Below, in pieces: positions 1 to 7,671 of a DNA stretch of 14,301 bases. Made by a program: the position numbers and the translations under genes. The notes beneath the pieces are model-generated. The model saw only the letters and a program-made list of their open reading frames with translations, ran no database searches and was not told where the DNA came from. Each line of letters opens with the position of its first letter. Within the stretch, counting starts at the first letter, position 1. The stretch is taken from contig JBIIPZ010000057.1 of the NCBI GenBank assembly GCA_044342325.1, positions 1 to 14,301 of the forward strand, given 5' to 3'. The stretch is from Terrimicrobiaceae bacterium. Lineage in GTDB: Bacteria; Verrucomicrobiota; Verrucomicrobiia; Chthoniobacterales; Terrimicrobiaceae.

Positions 1-1
1 G

Positions 2-376
2 CCGCCACTGCCCCCGGAGACCAATGACGCCTCCGCGCGGCAATGGATCATCATCCTTCACCTGAGCGCACTTGCGGGACTTGTCATCGTGGGATTCGGC
101 CACATTCTTGGGCCGCTTATCATCTGGCTCCTCAAGAAAAACGAAGTGCCGGGTCTCGATGAGGCCGGCAAGAGCGTGCTGAATTATCAGATTTCCTGGA
201 GTATCTGGTTTTTCATCTCGGGCGTTGTGGCAGCAGTGGGATCATGCCTCGTTGTGCCGCTGGCACTGCCTGTGGGAACTTTCATCGCTTGGCTTGCGTT
301 TTTAATAAACGGCGCAATCAAGGCCAGCAACGGAGTGAATTATAACTTCCCGCTGACAATCCGATTCTTCAGCTGA
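2..376 (+). CDS. DUF4870 (Tic20-like) small membrane protein, 5'-truncated by the window edge
   Basis: Frame is open from base 2: PPLPPETNDASARQWIIILHLSALAGLVIVGFGHILGPLIIWLLKK...GKSVLNYQIS...GAIKASNGVNYNFPLTIRF. The HLS..GPLIIW, LNyQI and G..Y.yP pattern is typical of DUF4870. Confidence 0.85.
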   Translation, partial: PPLPPETNDASARQWIIILHLSALAGLVIVGFGHILGPLIIWLLKKNEVPGLDEAGKSVLNYQISWSIWFFISGVVAAVGSCLVVPLALPVGTFIAWLAFLINGAIKASNGVNYNFPLTIRFFS

Positions 377-404
377 TTGCTCTCAGAGAAAAATCGAACG
401 GTGA

Positions 405-1511
405 TTAAATGTGGAAATGCTCCACGCGGCGGCCGATGCCAGCGAGAATCTCCCACGAGATCGTTCCAGCTTGAGCGGCCAAGTCGGAGACATCGATTTT
501 TTCGGTGCCATCACAGCCAATCAGCGTGACCTCATCGCCAAGCGCCACTCCGCAAACTTGGGAAACATCGACTACGATCTGATCCATCGTCACCCGCCCG
601 AGCACTGCGCAGCGTATTCCACCCACAAGCACACTCGCCCCCCTGCCCGAAACCTGCCTCGGGAATCCATCCGCGTATCCGACAGCTACCAGCGCGGTGC
701 GAATCGGTTTTTCAGCAATAAACGAACGCCCGTAGCTCACACTGGAGCCTGCCGGCAAATCGCGCAGCAAGACCACACGAGACTTCCAGGAGAGCACTGG
801 CTCGATCTGACTGGAGTATTCAGGCAAAGGGGAGACGCCATAAAGGATAAGACCTGGTCTCACCAAGTCGTGCCGATGCTCGGGTCGAGTGAGGACACCC
901 GCGCTGTTGAGCACATGGAATTTGGCGTCGCCCACCAGCGACCGCAATTCGGCGGCAAGCGCATCAAATCCGTCCAGCTGTTCCAAAGTGAAAACCGCGT
1001 CCTCATCCGCCGAGGGAAGATGCGTTGAAATGCTGTGCAGGATGACCCCCCGCATCGCGAGCACGCGACGCACCTCATCCAACGCCGAGGCAAGCGCACA
1101 GCCGGCGCGCCCCATGCCCGTGTCAATTTTGAAATTCACACTCACCTGGCCATACTGTGAATAGGCCAAAGCCTCGTCAGCACCGGATACCGTGACGATA
1201 TAACCGCTCCGCACCGCCGTCTCATACTCTGCAGGCAGACAGGGACTGAGCAGCATGACCCCACGACCGCAAGCGGCGGAGGAAACTTCCACCGCCTCTT
1301 TGATATTGGCGACACCGAAGACTTCAGTGTCATCAGCAAGAGCCCCGACGATATCAGCCACTCCATGTCCATACCCATTGGCTTTCACCACGGCTAGAAT
1401 CCCAGGCCCTGAGCCGATTCGCTTCCTGACAAAAGCGAGATTCCGCCTCAATGCACCGAGGTCGATTTCAACCCAAGTGCGGAGATGGTCAGGAACTGGA
1501 AGTGCGGGCAT
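405..1511 (-). CDS. alr: Alanine racemase
   Basis: AVVKANGYGHG (PLP lysine motif), KIDTGMGRAG, STHLPSAD, NSAG, VRPGLILYG, VSYG, GYADG, GRVTMDQ, TISWEIL. Confidence 0.97.
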   Translation of the reverse strand: MPALPVPDHLRTWVEIDLGALRRNLAFVRKRIGSGPGILAVVKANGYGHGVADIVGALADDTEVFGVANIKEAVEVSSAACGRGVMLLSPCLPAEYETAVRSGYIVTVSGADEALAYSQYGQVSVNFKIDTGMGRAGCALASALDEVRRVLAMRGVILHSISTHLPSADEDAVFTLEQLDGFDALAAELRSLVGDAKFHVLNSAGVLTRPEHRHDLVRPGLILYGVSPLPEYSSQIEPVLSWKSRVVLLRDLPAGSSVSYGRSFIAEKPIRTALVAVGYADGFPRQVSGRGASVLVGGIRCAVLGRVTMDQIVVDVSQVCGVALGDEVTLIGCDGTEKIDVSDLAAQAGTISWEILAGIGRRVEHFHI

Positions 1512-1524
1512 ATAAAAAATGATT

Positions 1525-1597
1525 TGGAGGTAAGGGGATTCGAACCCCTGGCCTTCTCATTGCGAACGAGACGCTCTACCAACTGAGCTATACCCCC
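1525..1597 (-). tRNA. tRNA-Ala, anticodon CGC; 3' CCA not encoded
   Basis: Reverse complement GGGGGTATAGCTCAGTTGGTAGAGCGTCTCGTTCGCAATGAGAAGGCCAGGGGTTCGAATCCCCTTACCTCCA. Acceptor stem GGGGGTA/TACCTCC with the G3:U70 Ala identity pair, discriminator A, TTCGAAT T-loop, anticodon loop TT-CGC-AA. Confidence 0.97.
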
Positions 1598-1634
1598 AGG
1601 GAAAACTGCGTTTCTCGCACCGCGCCGAAGCCCT

Positions 1635-3017
1635 GTGCGACGATTCGCAATCAACCACCGCACCCAGCCAGCGGCAAGGAAAAATCCAGCCTCTATTTTT
1701 AAGCTCCCCAGCAGCCACTGGAGCTGTTTTTTTAGGGACATCGCAAAGCAACTCTTCAAAGTCCACGCCCCGTCCACCTCCTGGATCTGCGCGCAGATCG
1801 GAGCGCGGGAACATTATGCCATACCACGCGTGCTGCACCGCTCGGGGAAACTGGAGGCGCTTTTTACCGACTACTGGTCGCATGGACTTTGGCACAAACT
1901 CGCCCGGTCTCCCCGACTGACTAGCAGGTGGCATGAGGACTTGAGCGATGCCGAGGTTTATTCCTTCAATACAACTGCCGTGCTGGATGGCCTCCGCAAA
2001 CGCTTCCACCCTGCCACTGACCCCTACAGCGAGTTCCTCCGCATCGGCAGCCGATTCGGCAAACAGGTCCGCTCAAGCCTCGCACGCCGCCGCGAGCAAC
2101 ACTGGGAGAATACGATCTTTTTTGGCTACGACACCGGTTTTTTCGAAGCCGCCGCATGGGCCAAAGATCAAGGCGCCGTCTCCATAGTCGGCCAGATGGA
2201 CCCCTCGCGAACTGAGGTTGAAATGGTGCGCGATGAGGAAAAGCTTTGGCCCGGCTGGGCGAAGACGCCGATCCTTGTGCCAGAGGAATACTTCGCATGG
2301 CGCAAAGCGGAGTGGGCGCTCGCCGACGCCATCATGGTGAATTCCCAGTGGACACTCGACGCCCTCGTCCAGCAGGGCGTCCCAGCCGATAAGATGCATA
2401 TCATTCCCCTCGCCTACGAAGCCGAAGATTCCCCTGAAGACTCCTCACCTGCCTCGCTCAAGCCAGACTCCGAGCCGCTCCGCGTATTGTTTCTCGGACA
2501 AGTCAACCTCCGCAAAGGCATCCAATACCTCCTCGAAGCAGCAAAGCTTCTGAAGACTGAAAACATCCAGATCGACATAGCTGGCCCCATTGCCATCGCT
2601 GACCAGTTCGTCGTGAAATCCCCCCCGAATGTGCGTTTCCACGGCGCCGTGACCCGCGACCGCGTGCGCGAATTCTATAAACGCGCCGATGTTTTTGTCC
2701 TGCCAACGATCTCGGATGGCTTCGCGCTCACACAGCTCGAGGCCATGGCCCACGGCCTACCGGTTATCACCACTCCGAATTGCGGCCGCGTGGTCACCGA
2801 AGGCCTAGATGGCTTCATCGTCCCTCCGAGGGATGCCGCCGCTCTGGCGGATCGCCTGAGAACGCTGCTCGAAGATCCCGAACGCCTGCAGGCCATGCGC
2901 GAGGCCGCACAACTCGCCGTAGCCAAGTTCAATCTTGATCACTTGGATAAAAATCTCCGCGCCCTCGAAGCCTCGCTCAAAGGACCCGCCCCCAGCTCAC
3001 TGCCATCATTCGCCTGA
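1635..3017 (+). CDS. Glycosyltransferase family 4 (GT-B); start codon uncertain
   Basis: WICAQIGAREHY N-terminus, VLFLGQVNLRKG, ADVFVLPTISDGFALTQLEAMAHGLPVITT, EGLDGFIVPPRD. Confidence 0.9.
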   Translation: MRRFAINHRTQPAARKNPASIFKLPSSHWSCFFRDIAKQLFKVHAPSTSWICAQIGAREHYAIPRVLHRSGKLEALFTDYWSHGLWHKLARSPRLTSRWHEDLSDAEVYSFNTTAVLDGLRKRFHPATDPYSEFLRIGSRFGKQVRSSLARRREQHWENTIFFGYDTGFFEAAAWAKDQGAVSIVGQMDPSRTEVEMVRDEEKLWPGWAKTPILVPEEYFAWRKAEWALADAIMVNSQWTLDALVQQGVPADKMHIIPLAYEAEDSPEDSSPASLKPDSEPLRVLFLGQVNLRKGIQYLLEAAKLLKTENIQIDIAGPIAIADQFVVKSPPNVRFHGAVTRDRVREFYKRADVFVLPTISDGFALTQLEAMAHGLPVITTPNCGRVVTEGLDGFIVPPRDAAALADRLRTLLEDPERLQAMREAAQLAVAKFNLDHLDKNLRALEASLKGPAPSSLPSFA

Positions 3018-3029
3018 GGCTCCCGCAGC

Positions 3030-3365
3030 CTATTTCGCCGCTTGCTCCTCGCTCCATTTGATAAAGGCCGCCCGCATCGCCCGATACTCGTAGCGCAGCG
3101 TCATCGCCTGCCTGCGGAAAAGATCCGCCTGAGCCAAGTCCTCCTTCGCTTCTAGATCCTTGATGGCGGCATCGATTTTCACAAAGGATTTCTCGAGCTT
3201 CTCCAGCGTCGGCTGACTGGGAGCAGCTTTGAAGGCATCCAGATTCTTGCGGATTTCCCGAATCGTTCCACCTGGCGAATCACACCCCACAAGGCAGAAG
3301 GCCGCCGCGCCAGAAAGCAAAACCACAAGCAGCCTGAACCACACAAGAAGGGAAGATGTTGTCAT
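3030..3365 (-). CDS. Hypothetical helical lipoprotein
   Basis: Hydrophobic signal ending in the lipobox-like LVG-C, followed by an amphipathic helical region. Fills the gap between the GT stop (3017) and the tsaE start (3398). ATG at 3365 chosen; start uncertain. Confidence 0.65.
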   Translation of the reverse strand: MTTSSLLVWFRLLVVLLSGAAAFCLVGCDSPGGTIREIRKNLDAFKAAPSQPTLEKLEKSFVKIDAAIKDLEAKEDLAQADLFRRQAMTLRYEYRAMRAAFIKWSEEQAAK

Positions 3366-3397
3366 CCTGCAGACGAGCGAACTAAATTCCACCCCTC

Positions 3398-3847
3398 ATG
3401 GCAAACCCGCAAATCGAAAAAACCTTCCCTCGCGGGGAACGCCTTTGCGCGACCGAGGAGGACACCCGTCAAGCCGCGCACGATCTCGCTGCCTGCCTAG
3501 GAACTCACGCCGTCCTGAGCCTCGAAGGCCCCATGGGCGCAGGCAAAACCTGCTTCGTCAAAGGCCTCGCCGAGGCCCTCGGCTGCGACCCACGCGAGGT
3601 CTCCAGCCCCACATTCACCCTCATCCACGAATACCACGGAGGCCGCCTACCCCTTATCCACATGGACCTCTACCGTATCGAATCCTCAGCCGATCTTGCG
3701 CCGCTGGGCTTCGACGACTACCTCGCAGGCGATGGCATCGTCGCCATCGAGTGGGGCGGCAAGTTCGCGGAGGAACTCCCGCCACACACGCTGCGCCTTG
3801 TATTTTCCATCGAAGGCTCCGGCCGCCGCATCCAGATCCAGCCATGA
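3398..3847 (+). CDS. tsaE: tRNA threonylcarbamoyladenosine biosynthesis ATPase TsaE
   Basis: LEGPMGAGKT Walker A, VSSPTFTLIHEY, HMDLYRI, IEWG. Confidence 0.96.
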   Translation: MANPQIEKTFPRGERLCATEEDTRQAAHDLAACLGTHAVLSLEGPMGAGKTCFVKGLAEALGCDPREVSSPTFTLIHEYHGGRLPLIHMDLYRIESSADLAPLGFDDYLAGDGIVAIEWGGKFAEELPPHTLRLVFSIEGSGRRIQIQP

Positions 3848-4410
3848 CGATTCTCACCATCGAGTGCTCCAGCGCCACGGGCAGCATCGTGTTGACCCGC
3901 GATAGCGAAGTCCTCCACGAGTGTTCTTTTGAAAACCCGCGCGGTCGCGGCACGGCCTTTTTCGAATCCCTCGAAAAAACCAATCGTCACATCGACTCGC
4001 TGGACCTAGTGCTCGTCGGCACCGGCCCCGGAAGCTACAATTCCCTCCGCGCCTCCATCGCCGCCGCATGGGGACTCGCCCGCGCTCGCTCAGCGCCGTT
4101 CCAAGGCATCTGCTCCCTCCTCGGCTACGAACCCCAGGAATACCATGTCCTCGGCGATGCCCGTGCGAACCAATGGTTCCACGCACACATCCTTCACGGC
4201 CACCTCGCTTCTCCCCCCGCCCTGATTACGCCCGATGAAGCCAAGTCACGGCTCACGCCGGGCGTCCCTGTTTTTACCACATCCCCACTCATCGAGCACG
4301 CCCACTGCACCTCCCCACAAGCGATCCACCTCGCCCGCCGGGCCACTCAGGCAGGCCACGCCGAGCCCACCTACCTCAAGCCCCCGCACATCACCAAACC
4401 CGCCTGCTAA
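3844..4410 (+). CDS. tsaB: tRNA threonylcarbamoyladenosine biosynthesis protein TsaB (short, 188 aa)
   Basis: ATG 3844 overlaps the tsaE stop (ATGA). MTILTIECSS start, VGTGPGSYNSLR (variant of GPGSFTGLR), DAR motif, terminal EPTYLKPP. Confidence 0.88.
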   Translation: MTILTIECSSATGSIVLTRDSEVLHECSFENPRGRGTAFFESLEKTNRHIDSLDLVLVGTGPGSYNSLRASIAAAWGLARARSAPFQGICSLLGYEPQEYHVLGDARANQWFHAHILHGHLASPPALITPDEAKSRLTPGVPVFTTSPLIEHAHCTSPQAIHLARRATQAGHAEPTYLKPPHITKPAC

Positions 4411-4416
4411 AATAAA

Positions 4417-4734
4417 ATGACATCTCCACTCCAGCCCACAGCCATCCAAAAAATCGGAGCCGAACTCGCCATCGCGTGGAACGACAGCAGCGAGTCCTAC
4501 CTTCCCCTCGAATTCCTCCGCCGCCACTGCCCCTGCGCCGCATGTGGAGGCGAGCCAGATGTGCTCGGCCAAGTCGCCCTCCCAGCCGTGACCTACAACG
4601 ACCGCAGCTTCGACCTCACCTCCTGGCAGACCGTGGGCGGCTACGCCATCCAACCCCGCTGGGCCGACGGCCACTCGACCGGACTCTATTCCTACAAATA
4701 CCTCCGCCGCCTCGAGCCGATCGCCAAATCATAA
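4417..4734 (+). CDS. DUF971 / gamma-butyrobetaine hydroxylase N-terminal-like protein
   Basis: LAIAWND...LRRHCPCAACG, VGGYAIQPRWADGHSTGLYSYKYL. Confidence 0.92.
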   Translation: MTSPLQPTAIQKIGAELAIAWNDSSESYLPLEFLRRHCPCAACGGEPDVLGQVALPAVTYNDRSFDLTSWQTVGGYAIQPRWADGHSTGLYSYKYLRRLEPIAKS

Positions 4735-4740
4735 AGGCAC

Positions 4741-4774
4741 AAAAAAACCGCGCCGGTCATCGCCCAGCGCGGTT
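4741..4774 (-). terminator. Rho-independent terminator ending the minus-strand glycosyltransferase transcript (possibly bidirectional)
   Basis: Minus strand AACCGCGCTGG-GCGATGA-CCGGCGCGGTT followed by a T-run, between the convergent DUF971 and GT4 genes. Confidence 0.8.
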
Positions 4775-4800
4775 ACTCAAAAAAGCAGCCTCAGATCTCG

Positions 4801-6066
4801 CTATCTCCCCAGCACCTCCTCATACAGCCGACGCATCTGCGCCGCCACCTTGGACCAGGTGAACTTCTCCTCGACCAAGCGCCTCCCCCTCAATCCCATT
4901 GCCGCACGCTCTTGATCCGTCATTTCAATCAAGGTCCGCATTCCATTCTGAAAACTCCCCTCCCCGCTCCGAATTTCCAGCGCCGCACCAGAAGCAAATC
5001 CCTCCGGCAAATTACACTCCGGCGTCATCAACACCGGCAGCCCATATGCCCACGCCTCCAACACCGACATTGGCAACCCCTCACTAAAACTCGGTAAAAT
5101 AAAAGCCTCCGCACTCCGCAACAACACCTCTTTCTCCTCCCCAAAAGCCGACCCAAAAAACACAACATCGACATCCGGGAGGGGCATCCGGCTTGACCCA
5201 TTCTCGGGGCGCAGCCCCCCCTGTATATCCAGAGCGCGCTCAGTTTTAAGTTTGTAAGAATTAAGTTTTAAGTTTTCTGCCAATCCGCACGCAGCAATCC
5301 GCAATCCAAGATCGCCACAAAGCGCCTTCAACTCCCCCTCATGCCCTCCTTGATCCCACCCCGCGATGACGAACTGCCACTGCTTTGAATTTTGAATTTT
5401 GAATTTTGAATTGCGGATATCCGCCCAAGCCCGCAGCGCGCCCACGAGCCCCTTCTTCGGATGAATCCTCCCCAAAAACAAAAGCCTCCTTCTCTCCTCC
5501 GTGCTCTCCGTGTCCTCCGCGGTTAATTTTTCTGGCAACTCCACCCCATTCGGCACAACCTCGATCCGCTGCCGCAACCCATAAGCCCGAATCGCCTCCG
5601 CCTCCGCTGTGCAGAGCGCTCGAAAGCATGTCGCTCGCCGCAACTGCTCATCTTTGAAAAGCCAAGCCGCGACCCGCTTTTTCCACCGCGAATTGTTCAA
5701 TGCCCAGGCATCCAGCGAACCATGCGGAGCCACCACGACAGGTTTGCGTGTTTTTTTCTGCCAATTCAAAACCGCCCACGACGGATATTTCCAAAGAGTC
5801 GCCGCATAGGCCAGATCCACATCTGCATCGAGCAAGTTAGCCAATCCCGGCGCATACCCGAAGCCCACCGGCCCCCGCAGTGCGGCGACTCTTGGTCGCA
5901 AAGACCCCCACTTTGCCAGATCCACATCCGTGAACTCATCCCTCACGCCGACCACGCGCACATCCACACCCTCACCCTCAGCAAGAGCAGATTGCAAAGC
6001 CCGTTCAGCCTCAAAAATCCCGCCATCAGCACGGGATACCGACTCCAATACACACAGCGTCTTCAT
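4801..6066 (-). CDS. Glycosyltransferase family 4 with repeat-derived in-frame insertions
   Basis: VVAPHGSLD, VPNGV, LLFLGRIHPKKG, FILPSFSEGLPMSVLEAWAYGLPVLMT, FTWSKVA. ATG overlaps the upstream stop (ATGA at 6063-6066). Confidence 0.93.
   Translation of the reverse strand: MKTLCVLESVSRADGGIFEAERALQSALAEGEGVDVRVVGVRDEFTDVDLAKWGSLRPRVAALRGPVGFGYAPGLANLLDADVDLAYAATLWKYPSWAVLNWQKKTRKPVVVAPHGSLDAWALNNSRWKKRVAAWLFKDEQLRRATCFRALCTAEAEAIRAYGLRQRIEVVPNGVELPEKLTAEDTESTEERRRLLFLGRIHPKKGLVGALRAWADIRNSKFKIQNSKQWQFVIAGWDQGGHEGELKALCGDLGLRIAACGLAENLKLNSYKLKTERALDIQGGLRPENGSSRMPLPDVDVVFFGSAFGEEKEVLLRSAEAFILPSFSEGLPMSVLEAWAYGLPVLMTPECNLPEGFASGAALEIRSGEGSFQNGMRTLIEMTDQERAAMGLRGRRLVEEKFTWSKVAAQMRRLYEEVLGR
5242..5273 (+). 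repeat. 32-bp AT-rich repeat, copy 1 (inside GT4 CDS)
   Basis: AGTTTTAAGTTTGTAAGAATTAAGTTTTAAGT, identical to 6444..6475; encodes LKLNSYKLKT on the minus strand. Confidence 0.95.
5384..5411 (+). repeat. Perfect heptamer tandem repeat (TTTGAAT)x4 inside GT4 CDS
   Basis: Read directly. Encodes NSKFKIQNSK and is followed by the palindrome GCGGATATCCGC (5413..5424). Confidence 0.95.
5497..5526 (+). repeat. 9-nt periodic repeat CTCCGTGCT-CTCCGTGTC-CTCCGCGGT inside GT4 CDS
   Basis: Encodes LTAEDTESTE; similar to the intergenic ATCCGTGTAT-ATCCGAGCC-ATCCGTGGTT at 9686..9714. Confidence 0.8.
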
Positions 6067-7355
6067 GTCCCAAGCACCTTTGCCAACCCTTCGCCAAAAG
6101 CCCTGCTTGGCACCTTGCGCTCCAGCATTTCACGAGCTTCCACTCCCATTTTGTGCCGCTCAGCTTCAGACATCGAAAACATCTTAAAAAGAGATTCCGC
6201 AATCGAGTTTACATCCCCCGGATCAAATAAAAACCCAGTTTTGCCCTCCTGCACCAACTCCTCCGCCGCACCCACATTCCGGCTCGACAACACCGGCAAC
6301 CCACTTGCCATCGCCTCATTGATCACCAGCCCCCATGGCTCCTCCAGCGCCGGATGCACAAAAGCCCCAGCCCCGGCATAAAACGCCCGCAGCTCCCCGA
6401 TCTGCCGAAATCCCGCAAAAACAACGCACCCGCCTCCGGGTGAAGTTTTAAGTTTGTAAGAATTAAGTTTTAAGTCTTCGCGCCCTGCGCTGCTGAAAAC
6501 TGAATCCTGAATCCTGAAAACTTGAACCCCCAACTCCACGCATTGCGCTTCCAGTTCGCCACGCAATTCCCCATCCCCAAGCAAAACCAACGGCCACACG
6601 CACGTTTTTTCTGCCCCCTGAAGTCTGAAGACTGAATCCTGAAAAATCTTATACCCCTCCACCAAGCGTCCAAGATTTTTTCGCTCTACAAACCGATTCG
6701 ACGCCAAAAAATATGGACCAACAGGCAAGCCCGAGTCGAGCGCCAAGCGATCGGCGTCGAGAGCTTTCAGCTTGTCGGCATTTTCTCCACTTCCGTTGGC
6801 GGACGCAGGTCGTTCAGCGAAAAAATCATTATCCACCATATTATACCCTAAAGCCACCCGCTCCTCCGGCATCCCAAGCCGCACAAGATACCGTTTATGC
6901 GACTCCCCACCGCAGAGGGCCGCGTCAAACCTCCGCACGATCCGCGACTTCACCCACTCCTTCCACCACACACGCCTTCCATCCGCAGCCCGAGTCTCAC
7001 TCATCACGATCGCCTTCGCGTCATTCCTCTTACACCAATTCAAGCAAGCGCGCGCATCTACAGTCCCCCAGCCCGCAATCGCCACCGCATCCGGTCTCAG
7101 ACGATTCAGCTCCCTCTCGATCCCCCTCTTTATTTCGCCAGCCGGTATCTTTTCAAAAACCCCATTAGGAAAAACAGTTACCCTCTCCCATTCTCCACCC
7201 CCACCGGACTCCTGCTCCCACTCATAAGTCGCATCCGATCCCGCAATCTCCAACGCCACCACCCCCCACCCCATTGGCGCCAAAACCTCGCACGCCGAAC
7301 GCAACCGCGCCAGATGATACGGCCCAAGCCTTGCAAAATGAATAGCTAATAGCAT
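6063..7355 (-). CDS. Glycosyltransferase family 4 with repeat-derived in-frame insertions
   Basis: FARLGPYHLARL N-terminus, FLASNRFVERKN, LVLLGDG, FVHPALEEPWGLVINEAMASGLPVLSS, EGKTGFLFDP. Confidence 0.93.
   Translation of the reverse strand: MLLAIHFARLGPYHLARLRSACEVLAPMGWGVVALEIAGSDATYEWEQESGGGGEWERVTVFPNGVFEKIPAGEIKRGIERELNRLRPDAVAIAGWGTVDARACLNWCKRNDAKAIVMSETRAADGRRVWWKEWVKSRIVRRFDAALCGGESHKRYLVRLGMPEERVALGYNMVDNDFFAERPASANGSGENADKLKALDADRLALDSGLPVGPYFLASNRFVERKNLGRLVEGYKIFQDSVFRLQGAEKTCVWPLVLLGDGELRGELEAQCVELGVQVFRIQDSVFSSAGREDLKLNSYKLKTSPGGGCVVFAGFRQIGELRAFYAGAGAFVHPALEEPWGLVINEAMASGLPVLSSRNVGAAEELVQEGKTGFLFDPGDVNSIAESLFKMFSMSEAERHKMGVEAREMLERKVPSRAFGEGLAKVLGT
6444..6475 (+). repeat. 32-bp AT-rich repeat, copy 2 (inside second GT4 CDS)
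   Basis: Identical to 5242..5273. Confidence 0.95.
6493..6520 (+). repeat. Degenerate heptamer array CTGAANN x4
   Basis: CTGAAAA CTGAATC CTGAATC CTGAAAA; encodes FRIQDSVFS. Confidence 0.85.
6618..6645 (+). repeat. Degenerate heptamer array CTGAANN x4
   Basis: CTGAAGT CTGAAGA CTGAATC CTGAAAA; encodes FQDSVFRLQ. Confidence 0.85.
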
Positions 7356-7469
7356 TTTAAAAGTATATCAGCGAACCAGAAAAGAATTGCTACACACGGA
7401 CCAATCACTTCTCACGCAAACCTTAATTTCTTCAACAACTCCCCGCCACCAGTTACAAAGTCCCCCTCT

Positions 7470-7658
7470 CGCTCTGGAGAAAACGACAAGCATGATGAAT
7501 CCAAAGAGAAACGGATACAGAGTTATCAAGGTGGTGTCGCGGCCGAGGTTGAAGGTCAGGACCATGCCCACCATAGACAGCAGGAGACGGCCCGTTGTTT
7601 CCCCTTTCAAATACTGACGCACCAATAGAGCCCCTGTCATCATTAGGAAAGCCGCCGC
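7470..7658 (-). pseudogene. 3'-terminal remnant of a Wzy-like polymerase homologous to 12216..13604
   Basis: AAAFLM...LVRQYLKG..TGRLLL...VLTFNLGRDTTLITLYPFLFG aligns to AAALI...LARQDLLG..MGRMLL...VLTFNLGRDITLITLYPFLFG (20/21 identical in the core). The 5' ~400 codons are absent. Confidence 0.9.
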
Positions 7659-7671
7659 AGAATCATCCAAT

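Noticed and set aside
1525..1597. tRNA-Ala as an island integration site
   Set aside because: I saw no duplicate of the tRNA 3' end and no integrase in the window, and the 3' neighbour is the core gene alr.
3229..4410. 393-aa ORF as an N-terminally extended TsaB
   Set aside because: The extension is a low-complexity Arg/Pro-rich shadow frame overlapping tsaE and the lipoprotein. ATG 3844 with an ATGA overlap is the natural start.
5242..6475. Diversity-generating retroelement template/variable repeat pair
   Set aside because: The copies are short and identical, with no adenine-specific mismatches, and there is no reverse transcriptase in the window.
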